A DNA stretch of 32,435 bases from a virus (lineage: Duplodnaviria > Caudoviricetes), in IMG/VR virus record IMGVR_UViG_3300036853_000145, positions 1 through 32,435 of that record, one strand, 5' to 3'. A model generated the notes under the pieces. That model was not told where the DNA came from. It saw only the letters and a program-made list of their open reading frames with translations, and did not search any database. Positions 25,923 through 32,435 of this stretch are shown in pieces. How positions within the stretch are numbered: the stretch's first letter is position 1; every line of letters starts with the position of its first letter. Both the position numbers and the translations under genes were made by a program.

Positions 25923-25951
25923 GCAGGTGCCGGGGCTCCCGGTGGTGTCGG

Positions 25952-26362
25952 TCAGTCGTTCCCGTGCTCCCCGGTGCCGTAGCCGGCCCGGCGGAACATC
26001 TCGTTCAGCTCGTCGATCGACGGCGCCGCGCCCTCGGGCAGCTTGTCCCGGGCCGCACCATCGCTTGGGCCGGCGAAGGCGGCGAGCAAGCGCTGCGCCC
26101 GCTCGTCACCATCGGCGTGGTTGGCCAGGTGCCGCAGGATCTGAACGGACGTCCTGTCCTCGCCCAGGTGCTCCTGCACCTTGCTCGCGGTATCGGCGGT
26201 CAGCCGGCCGAGCAGCATGGTGATCGCCAGAGCGACGCCACCCGCCTCGGCCACCGCATCGGCCTCCACCGTCACTTCACCGGTGTCCACCTGGCCGTCG
26301 GGCTGCTGGTCCCCGGCCATGTACTCCACGACCAGCTTCGCCCGGATCATGCGCTCGTTCAT
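25952..26362 (-). CDS. hypothetical protein
   Basis: ATG 26362 with CCTGGGAG 5 nt upstream. Confidence 0.7.
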   Translation of the reverse strand: MNERMIRAKLVVEYMAGDQQPDGQVDTGEVTVEADAVAEAGGVALAITMLLGRLTADTASKVQEHLGEDRTSVQILRHLANHADGDERAQRLLAAFAGPSDGAARDKLPEGAAPSIDELNEMFRRAGYGTGEHGND

Positions 26363-26432
26363 CGTTGCTCCCAGGTGATGGGGCCGATCGGCCCCGAAGG
26401 CCGGGGGGCCCGGTCGGGCCCCCCGGAGTCTG

Positions 26433-27029
26433 TCAGCCCTGCCCGAGCCAGCGGCGCCCCGCGCGCTCGTCCAGGGCACTGCGGACCCGGTCCGCCTGGT
26501 TCCGCAGTGCCGTGTTCTCTTCCAGCCGGAGCCCGGCCAGCCGGCGGTAGTTGTCGCGCTGGTCCTCGGCCTCGGCCAGGGCGTGCCGGACCTCCCGGTA
26601 TGCCTTGTCCGAGTTCGCCCGCTGGCGCAGCAGCTCCCCGACCCGCTCGTCGCTGGCCTCCAGCTGCTCGCGCAGGCTCGCGATCTGGGCCTGGTACCGG
26701 TCGCGCTCGTCGGCCAGGTCGGCGATCCGGTCGGCACCCGCGTCGCGGGCCTGGCGCTCCAGCTCGTCGACCCGGACAGCCTTGGCGACGGCCAGGTCGA
26801 CCGCCTTGGCCAGCTGGTCCTCCAGCTCGGCGATCCGCAGGGCGTCCACCCGGCGCTGGTCGGCCTGGCGCTCGGCGATGGCCTCCAGGTGCGCGACCCG
26901 GTCAACCGGGGCCGGCACGCTGGCCGGGTCGCCCAGGTTCGCGATGATCGGGCTCACGTGACCGGCCTCGAAGGCGGCCTTCTCGATCCCGTCAACGAAG
27001 GGGCGGGGGGCGGAGGTCTGAGCGGACAT
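26433..27029 (-). CDS. hypothetical coiled-coil protein
   Basis: SD GGAGG; first gene after P4; followed by hairpin 26401-26426. Confidence 0.75.
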   Translation of the reverse strand: MSAQTSAPRPFVDGIEKAAFEAGHVSPIIANLGDPASVPAPVDRVAHLEAIAERQADQRRVDALRIAELEDQLAKAVDLAVAKAVRVDELERQARDAGADRIADLADERDRYQAQIASLREQLEASDERVGELLRQRANSDKAYREVRHALAEAEDQRDNYRRLAGLRLEENTALRNQADRVRSALDERAGRRWLGQG

Positions 27030-27077
27030 CGGGGCCTCCAGGGCCTCGGGGGCCGGCTTGTCCGGCCCGATGAGAGA

Positions 27078-27115
27078 AGGCTATCCCATGGGTCACGGTC
27101 CGCGCAACCCATGGG
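27078..27115 (-). promoter_or_regulatory. paired-palindrome promoter P4
   Basis: CCCATGGG at 27108-27115 and 27085-27092; -35 TTGCGC; -10 TAGCCT. Confidence 0.8.
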
Positions 27116-27128
27116 ATAGAACTTCTTC

Positions 27129-27911
27129 TCAGTCCTTCTTCGGCTCCAGCCAGTACAGGCCCATGGTCTCGCTGATCCCGCGTGCGCCGCCCTGGATCTT
27201 CCCCGCCTTGGCCAGTGCCTGGAGCGCAAGAGCCACCGAGGTCTTGGCCCGGTTGGCCGGCAGGCGATCGGAAATGTTGCCCTCGATCGCGGACGGGCTC
27301 CACTTCAGCCCCGGGTGTTCCTCCAGGAAGGCCAGCACCTCACGGCGGCAGAGCGCCGACACCGAGAGCGGCTTCGGCTTCGGGCGCGGCGCAACGGTCT
27401 CCAGCCGGCCGTCCATCTCCGTGACCTTGGTGTCCAGGCCGGCGACCAGCCCGGCCACCGTGGTCTCGGACTCCTCCAGCCGACGGGCCAGGATGCTGAG
27501 CTGGCCTTTCAGGTCCTCGTACGCCTTGCGGTAGTCGAACGGCACGACCGTCGGGCGCTGGACGTAGGGCGAGTCGCCGTTGCCCCTGATGTTCGTCCGG
27601 TCCTCGGCCGGCGGACGAGTGGGCTCGGTTGGTGCGGCCACGGTGGGCTCCTTCTTCGTGATCACCGGCGGCTGATCCGCCGGAGTGTCTGCCAGGACGT
27701 CGATCCCACGTTTACGCAGGTCCGACAGGAGGTTGGCGCGTCCGGCACCTCTGGTACCGATGTGCAGCGCGGAGAACGAGAGTGGGGGCTTGCTCGGATC
27801 GCCGGGATAGACCTTGAAGTTGTGCCCGTCGCGTATCACGCGGGCCCCTCGGGCCTCGCATCGCTTGGCGATCTCGTCGGGGGTCATGCTTCCTAGGCCG
27901 AGCTTGGCCAC
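27129..27911 (-). CDS. HicA-like N-terminal domain + coiled coil + C-terminal winged-helix-like domain
   Basis: EIAKRCEARGARVIRDGHNFKVYP...RANLLSDLRKRGID N-terminus; REVLAFLEEHPG..WSPSAI...SVALALQALAKAGKI C-terminus; GTG 27911 with CCTGGGAG upstream. Confidence 0.6.
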   Translation of the reverse strand: MAKLGLGSMTPDEIAKRCEARGARVIRDGHNFKVYPGDPSKPPLSFSALHIGTRGAGRANLLSDLRKRGIDVLADTPADQPPVITKKEPTVAAPTEPTRPPAEDRTNIRGNGDSPYVQRPTVVPFDYRKAYEDLKGQLSILARRLEESETTVAGLVAGLDTKVTEMDGRLETVAPRPKPKPLSVSALCRREVLAFLEEHPGLKWSPSAIEGNISDRLPANRAKTSVALALQALAKAGKIQGGARGISETMGLYWLEPKKD

Positions 27912-27928
27912 GGTTCCCTCCCAGGGGA

Positions 27929-28597
27929 TCAGTCGTCCCACCAGCCGAGGAGTTCGGCGGTGGGGTGCTCGATGTAGCGGGCCACCATCCGTAGCTGCGT
28001 CGGCGAATAGCGCCCGACCAGCACCCGGTTACAGGTGTCGCACAGGGCCCCGCGCGCGCACCGGCGGCACGCCTTCACGGTGTCGTGGTCGTGGCCGGCG
28101 GCTCGGCGGTGGTCGTGGTCCAGCGTCGGGGCCTTGCCAGTGCTGGTGAGCGCGCGCCCGCAGATGCACGCGGAGCCCTGCGCGGCCCACAGCTCGTCAC
28201 GGTCCTCCTCGGCCACTCCTCGGTCGCGCACTCGGGCACTCGCGCGCCTACGGGCCTTCTGGGCCGCCAGGCGGGCGCGCCGGTGCGTCGCGCACTCGGG
28301 GATGCGGGGGCCGGACTCGGGATCGAGCGGGCGGGGCTCGGCGGGACGGAACTCCATCACCGAGTCGGGGGCGCGGTAGACGCCGTCCATGACGCTCGGG
28401 GCCACGGGCAGCGCCGCGCAGGTGATGCACGGATGCACCAGGTGCGCCCGGCGGACGATCGACCCGCTGAACGCGCACCGGCCGCGTACGGCGTCGGTGC
28501 GCGGGTGCATGTGACGCGGGAACTCCCCGCCCAGCTCCACGCCGGTCAGGAGCCGCGTGCAGGCGGGGCAGATGGCGCGGAGCGGGCGGGGGTTCAT
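27929..28597 (-). CDS. endonuclease VII (Holliday-junction resolvase) family protein
   Basis: LWAAQG..CIC, LDHDH, C..C.RGALC..CN motifs; extra N-terminal Cys/His clusters. Confidence 0.85.
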   Translation of the reverse strand: MNPRPLRAICPACTRLLTGVELGGEFPRHMHPRTDAVRGRCAFSGSIVRRAHLVHPCITCAALPVAPSVMDGVYRAPDSVMEFRPAEPRPLDPESGPRIPECATHRRARLAAQKARRRASARVRDRGVAEEDRDELWAAQGSACICGRALTSTGKAPTLDHDHRRAAGHDHDTVKACRRCARGALCDTCNRVLVGRYSPTQLRMVARYIEHPTAELLGWWDD

Positions 28598-28599
28598 GG

Positions 28600-28758
28600 T
28601 CAGCTCTTCCTGTTCAGGGCCGACCGGAGGTAGCCGGCGATCTCGTGCGCGGCTCCGTTGGCCTCCTCCTCGTCCTGGGACCGCTGGCGCTCCAGCCTCT
28701 CTTCCAGGTCCCTGATCTGGCGCGGGGTCAGCTCCACGCGCCGGCTGTCGTCGCTCAT
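28600..28758 (-). CDS. small hypothetical protein
   Basis: TGATG coupling; MSDDSRRVELTPRQIRDLEERLE. Confidence 0.65.
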   Translation of the reverse strand: MSDDSRRVELTPRQIRDLEERLERQRSQDEEEANGAAHEIAGYLRSALNRKS

Positions 28759-28931
28759 CACTTCTCGCCTACCTTCCGCACCTTGCGTCCGTCGGGGTGG
28801 CGCACGTTGCGCCGGCCGTGCCAGAGATCGGTCAGCGTGTCGCTGACGGTGTTGGTCAGGGTCCAGGGCCGCCGGCACACCGGGCACGTCCAGACCTTGG
28901 CGCCGGTGTTGGGCACGTCGCAGTCGTGCAT
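28758..28931 (-). CDS. 57-aa Zn-ribbon-like protein (HxC...CPVC), missing from the ORF track
   Basis: Translated by hand as MHDCDVPNTGAKVWTCPVCRRPWTL...VGEK*; coupled to both neighbours. Confidence 0.7.
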   Translation of the reverse strand: MHDCDVPNTGAKVWTCPVCRRPWTLTNTVSDTLTDLWHGRRNVRHPDGRKVRKVGEK

Positions 28932-29116
28932 CAGCTCTGCTCCCGCTTCTGACGCTGCTGCTCAGACCGCAGGGTCCGGGCCGCGTACTCCTGCTCGGTC
29001 TCCTCGTCCAGTGCCCGAGCACTACGACGCCGGTTCAGCGACTCCCACTGCTCGTCGCTGATCGTGGAGCTGGCCGGCGGTGTCTCGGCACCGTCGCGCC
29101 CTCGGCTGTAGCCCAT
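28931..29116 (-). CDS. small hypothetical protein
   Basis: TGATG coupling. Confidence 0.65.
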   Translation of the reverse strand: MGYSRGRDGAETPPASSTISDEQWESLNRRRSARALDEETEQEYAARTLRSEQQRQKREQS

Positions 29117-29313
29117 CAGTTCTGGTCCCTCTTCTCGTAGCTCTGCCGCTGGAGGGCCGCGTAGTGCGCGGTGTCCTCATCGCTGCGGGTCTCGGAGCGG
29201 CGCTCCAGGTCGTCCATCTGCCGGCGCGAGATGTTGCCGATCGCGACCTTCGGGGCGTTGGCCCCGTCCGAGCCCGCGTTGCTGCCGTTCGCCGGCTTAC
29301 TTCCCCATGCCAT
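29116..29313 (-). CDS. small hypothetical protein, 65 aa
   Basis: ATG 29313 with GAGAGGA SD; the longer ORF-track start lies inside promoter P5. Confidence 0.65.
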   Translation of the reverse strand: MAWGSKPANGSNAGSDGANAPKVAIGNISRRQMDDLERRSETRSDEDTAHYAALQRQSYEKRDQN

Positions 29314-29329
29314 GGGTCTGTCCTCTCTG

Positions 29330-29500
29330 TGTTCCCAGGTGATCGTTTGGGCACTACGGCCGGACGGCGAATACCGCGCCCGGCCGGGTGGGAGGTCGGC
29401 CGCCGCTCCCCAGCGGCGGCCGACCTCCGGGTGGCGGACCTCCCCCGAGGTTCCGCCGGGCGCGCTCCCGGACTGTCGAATCCGGCGCTGCCCTACGTCT
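29330..29500 (-). ncRNA. highly structured RNA or long 5-prime leader downstream of P5
   Basis: Perfect 17-bp stem 29391-29407/29412-29428; second hairpin 29433-29457; enclosing helix 29375-29383/29456-29464; further outer pairings. Ends are estimated. Confidence 0.55.
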
Positions 29501-29505
29501 TGCTC

Positions 29506-29542
29506 AACGTAACCCGTGGGCGGGTATTCCGCCACCCATGGG
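29506..29542 (-). promoter_or_regulatory. paired-palindrome promoter P5
   Basis: CCCATGGG at 29535-29542 and variant CCCACGGG at 29513-29520; -35 TGGCGG; -10 TACGTT. Confidence 0.7.
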
Positions 29543-29737
29543 TTAGCGCTTGGTGCCGACCAGCGAGTCCGTCAGCTTCTGCCAGGCGGCCTCACTGTCC
29601 TCGGCGTAGACCACCCGCACCGCGTCCTCGATGGCACGCAACCGGGTCAGCTCGGCCAGCGCAAGCCGGGCTGCGTCGGCCTCGGCACCGTGCCCACTGG
29701 CACGGGCCCTCAGCACGGCTTCCCACGTCATCGTCAT
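29543..29737 (-). CDS. hypothetical protein
   Basis: ATGA coupling at 29734-29737. Confidence 0.65.
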   Translation of the reverse strand: MTMTWEAVLRARASGHGAEADAARLALAELTRLRAIEDAVRVVYAEDSEAAWQKLTDSLVGTKR

Positions 29738-29838
29738 CGGGCACCGTCCCAGCCGCCGGCCAACAGCACCAGCAGGACCAGGATCAGCGCCCAGGTGACC
29801 AGGGAACTGATCCCCCGGCCGCCCGAACGCGCCCTCAC
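29734..29838 (-). CDS. 34-aa single-TM peptide
   Basis: GTGA coupling with the upstream stop; LVTWALILVLLVLLAGGW. Confidence 0.5.
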   Translation of the reverse strand: MRARSGGRGISSLVTWALILVLLVLLAGGWDGAR

Positions 29839-30515
29839 GGGCGGAGGTTGGACGGACGCAGCCACTGCTCGTACTCGGCAACGCCGTCGTAGGAGGCGAA
29901 CTCGGCCGGAACCTCGATCTCGCCCCGGGTCAGGATCGACGCCATGCGCCAGAGGTCGCCGACGCTGTTGTCCGCGTGGGACACGGCCACGGCGTTGTCG
30001 GTGCTGAGGCCCAGACGATCCCGGCCGGCGCTCTCCCAGTCGCCGCCATGGGTCTCGTCGTCCAGCTCCAGCTCCGCCACCTCGACGGGAGCCCATCCCT
30101 GGACGGGGCCCATGTAGCGCTCGCTGGGCCGGACGGTCACGAAGACCGAACCGTCCTCCTGCTCCTGCGAGTCCATGACCACGGCCCAGCCGAACAGGCA
30201 GCCGGTAGTGCCGCACGCGGTGTCGGCCAGCGCCTTGACGCGGTCGGCTCCCTCGGCTTCCATCCGGGCCTTGACCCGCTCCACGACCTCCGAGCTGTAG
30301 GCCGGTTCGGTCCCATCGACGTCGCCGGGCCGCTCGGCGAAACCGAACCAGCGGCCCTGCGCGTGAACGTCGCGGTTCGTGGTGACCCAGTTCAGGGCCC
30401 GACGGAGCAGTTCGATGTTGACGGCTTCACCGTCGTTGGCCGGGTCCAGGGTGAAGATGGTGCGCAGGCCGTGTCGACCCTCGGCCCGGTAGTGCACGTA
30501 ATCGGTGTCGTTCAT
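29835..30515 (-). CDS. hypothetical phage protein with H.Q..W...CGTTGCLFGW motif
   Basis: CCTGGGAG upstream; GC3 bias. Confidence 0.75.
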   Translation of the reverse strand: MNDTDYVHYRAEGRHGLRTIFTLDPANDGEAVNIELLRRALNWVTTNRDVHAQGRWFGFAERPGDVDGTEPAYSSEVVERVKARMEAEGADRVKALADTACGTTGCLFGWAVVMDSQEQEDGSVFVTVRPSERYMGPVQGWAPVEVAELELDDETHGGDWESAGRDRLGLSTDNAVAVSHADNSVGDLWRMASILTRGEIEVPAEFASYDGVAEYEQWLRPSNLRP

Positions 30516-30543
30516 GTTCTGATGTCTCCCAGGTGGTAGAACT

Positions 30544-30738
30544 TCAGGCCGGCACTTCGCCGGACCCGTTGCAGGTAGGACAGGTCACGGTGCGCTCGTA
30601 GTCGGGGTGGTACCGCTTGCTCTCGGGCCCGTAGGCCGACTTGACGGTCTCGGTGATCGTTTTGTCTCCGCCGCAGAGTGGACAGGTCTTGGTCTTGTTC
30701 GGGTCAGGTTCCCCCTGCCCGAGCCAGAGGCGCGCCAT
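30544..30738 (-). CDS. DnaJ-type CxxCxGxG zinc-finger small protein
   Basis: CPLCGGDK and CPTCNGSG; ATG 30738 with CCTGGGAG upstream. Confidence 0.75.
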   Translation of the reverse strand: MARLWLGQGEPDPNKTKTCPLCGGDKTITETVKSAYGPESKRYHPDYERTVTCPTCNGSGEVPA

Positions 30739-30813
30739 CGGTTTCTCCCAGGTCCCCGAGCTTCGGTCGAGCACCCGGCCGCCGGGCTCGGGGTCACCGG
30801 CGGCCGGGGGGTC

Positions 30814-30972
30814 TCACAGGTAGTCCGGGGGCGTCTTGCCGGCCCGGACGTAGGCCGCGCGCAAGTTGCGCTGGGCGGCGTAGCGGTCCCGCATGCCCTC
30901 CCGAGCGCTGTAGGCCCCGCCGACGATCCAGACGACGGCCAGCAGGCCCAGCAGCAGAAACACGGCGGTCAT
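30814..30972 (-). CDS. small single-TM protein
   Basis: ATGA coupling; MTAVFLLLGLLAVVWIVGG. Confidence 0.65.
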   Translation of the reverse strand: MTAVFLLLGLLAVVWIVGGAYSAREGMRDRYAAQRNLRAAYVRAGKTPPDYL

Positions 30973-31154
30973 CGGACGGCTCCCGGGTCGCTGGTGCTCC
31001 AGGCGAGCTGTGCACGCTCCCAGCGGGAGGCGCGTTCCCGGCGCTCGTTCTCGTCCCAGGCGGCATCCTCGCGCAGGCGATCCCACAGGAGGTGCCCGCC
31101 GGCGCTGGCCCCGTAGATGAGGGCGAATGCCAGAGCCGCGATCAGAGCTTCCAC
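30969..31154 (-). CDS. small single-TM protein
   Basis: GTG 31154 with CCTGGGAGG; first gene after P6. Confidence 0.65.
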   Translation of the reverse strand: MEALIAALAFALIYGASAGGHLLWDRLREDAAWDENERRERASRWERAQLAWSTSDPGAVR

Positions 31155-31200
31155 GTTCTGCCTCCCAGGCTTCCGACCCTCCTGCGGGGCCGATGGGAGA

Positions 31201-31238
31201 ACAGTAACCCATGGGCGGGTGGTTGTGCAACCCATGGG
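31201..31238 (-). promoter_or_regulatory. paired-palindrome promoter P6
   Basis: CCCATGGG at 31231-31238 and 31208-31215; -35 TTGCAC; -10 TACTGT. Confidence 0.8.
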
Positions 31239-31244
31239 ACAAGG

Positions 31245-31439
31245 TCACTTCCGGCGGCCCCGGACCAGCACGAAGACCAGCACGAACAGCATCAGCACGG
31301 CCAGGGTCAGGCTCGGTGACCCAGCGGCGTAGACGGCCTGCGGGGCGATCATCAGCGCGAGCACCTGGCCGCGCGGGTAGGTCTCCAGCCACGGGACCAG
31401 GTGCGGCCGGTCGGTGCGCCGCCGCGCCGGAGTGCTCAC
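31245..31439 (-). CDS. small membrane protein
   Basis: GTGA coupling; hydrophobic C-terminal half. Confidence 0.6.
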   Translation of the reverse strand: MSTPARRRTDRPHLVPWLETYPRGQVLALMIAPQAVYAAGSPSLTLAVLMLFVLVFVLVRGRRK

Positions 31440-31618
31440 TTCGGCGGCTTGAGCGGCCAGACGACGCCAGCCGACACGGTGACCACCATGCCAAGCGCGA
31501 ACAGGAACGTCGCCCAGACACGCGCCGAGCTGTAGACAACGGTGTTGAACGCTGCCCAGGCGGCAACGCAGAGGATGGCCACCCCGAGCACGGCCAGGCC
31601 GAGCGCTACGGCCCTCAC
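31436..31618 (-). CDS. small two-TM membrane protein
   Basis: GTG 31618 overlaps stop 31615-31617. Confidence 0.6.
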   Translation of the reverse strand: MRAVALGLAVLGVAILCVAAWAAFNTVVYSSARVWATFLFALGMVVTVSAGVVWPLKPPK

Positions 31619-31782
31619 CGGCCGCGCGGCCGGGTCAGAGCCACCGTGCGCAGGGCTGAGCGGGTCGCTGCGGCCTGCTCGCGCCACCGAGCTACGCGGG
31701 CAGGGTCGAAGCGCTCGGAGTCGCTGAGCGAGGCTTCCGGGGCTCGGTGGCGGGGCTGTTCGGCCGGCTTCGGCTCGGTCAT
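31615..31782 (-). CDS. 55-aa hypothetical protein, missing from the ORF track
   Basis: ATG 31782 with CCTGGGAG 5 nt upstream; MTEPKPAEQPRHRAPE...RPRGR*. Confidence 0.6.
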   Translation of the reverse strand: MTEPKPAEQPRHRAPEASLSDSERFDPARVARWREQAAATRSALRTVALTRPRGR

Positions 31783-31879
31783 GGTCGCTCCCAGGGATCG
31801 GCGTCGGGCCCGACCGTACCGGGCCCGGGAACGGGAACAGCCCCGGCCGGTGGGCCCGGCCGGGGCTGCTGTGGGGGCT

Positions 31880-32170
31880 TCACCCCTGCTGGAACTTCTC
31901 CCGGTGGTGGCGCATCACCTCAGCGGCAATGGCCTCCCGCTTGCGCAGCTCCACCAGCTCGACCGGGAGGACCCAGCACTGGCGACGCAGCCGGCGGCAG
32001 GCTGCCCGGTGGCTCCCGACCGCCCACGCCACCAACCGGTGGTGCGGGCGCTCGTCGGCGGGGATCGCCTTGTAGGTCACTCGGCACAGCCACACGTTCG
32101 TGAGGACGATGCCAGCCTCCAGGGCGTGAGCCGAGGTGGCGAAGTGGGCCAGGGCAATGATGATCTCCAT
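31880..32170 (-). CDS. hypothetical protein
   Basis: ATG 32170 with GAAAGGGA SD; first gene after P7; followed by a hairpin at ~31838-31868. Confidence 0.6.
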   Translation of the reverse strand: MEIIIALAHFATSAHALEAGIVLTNVWLCRVTYKAIPADERPHHRLVAWAVGSHRAACRRLRRQCWVLPVELVELRKREAIAAEVMRHHREKFQQG

Positions 32171-32221
32171 TGGAGTCCCTTTCACTGTTGAGTTGGAGCC
32201 TGCTGTCGTGCCGTTGGGACC

Positions 32222-32259
32222 AAACTATCCCATGGGACAGAGGCCGGTCAACCCGTAGG
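32222..32259 (-). promoter_or_regulatory. paired-palindrome promoter P7
   Basis: Variant CCTACGGG at 32252-32259 and CCCATGGG at 32229-32236; -35 TTGACC; -10 TAGTTT. Confidence 0.7.
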
Positions 32260-32435
32260 AGAAAGGTTCCCACAATGCGGGAGATCCCCTGGTCAGTCGG
32301 TAGAGCTACCACCCGGCCCGGAGTCGCTCCAGCCCTCGCCCATCGGCCCCGAGGTCCACTGCCCCGGATGGATCGGCCCACGCGAACGCGGCCGGCGCAG
32401 CGGCGGGACTGGGCGCGGAATGCGCCGACCGTGGT

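Noticed and set aside
29330-29500. tRNA-like cloverleaf, or N-terminal coding extension (ORF 29116-29535)
   Set aside because: Stems are too long with no properly placed T-loop or anticodon arm. The ORF-track start lies within promoter P5, whereas ATG 29313 has its own SD.
27117-30545. TAGAACTTC repeated at 27117 and 30537
   Set aside because: Only two 9-nt copies with no consistent context; not distinguishable from chance.
1-32435. Integrase, att site, portal, DNA polymerase, reverse transcriptase or lysin B
   Set aside because: No ORF with these motifs was recognised in the window, so lifestyle and exact host cannot be called from this sequence.

Overview
The window is most of the genome of a very GC-rich tailed phage or prophage (HK97-type siphovirus), most likely infecting an actinomycete; host assignment is inference from GC content and gene families. 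The + strand (1-20.3 kb) carries the virion operon: a truncated ADP-ribosyltransferase-domain protein, an M15-peptidase endolysin, prohead protease, major capsid, connectors, major tail, a frameshifting tail chaperone, a 1140-aa tape measure, minor tail proteins (one with a GH16 domain) and membrane/lysis genes. The - strand (20.4-32.4 kb) carries TerL, a probable TerS, endonuclease VII, an HTH protein, a HicA-like/wHTH protein and many small hypothetical genes. No portal, integrase or polymerase gene was recognised. The most interesting signal is non-coding. (i) Seven promoters share one design, with paired CCCATGGG palindromes 22-23 bp apart bracketing the -35 box. (ii) A start-associated motif, CCTGGGAG, precedes about 11 non-virion genes. 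(iii) One orphan copy of that motif lies in a ~75-nt + strand unit (20338-20414) whose sequence is complementary to these ribosome-binding regions, making it a candidate trans-acting sRNA. (iv) A highly structured ~170-nt RNA (29330-29500, -) has G-rich segments complementary to a CGCTCCCC motif at several virion-gene starts. Together these suggest a reciprocal RNA-based early/late switch. The motifs are seen directly; their function is inferred and untested.
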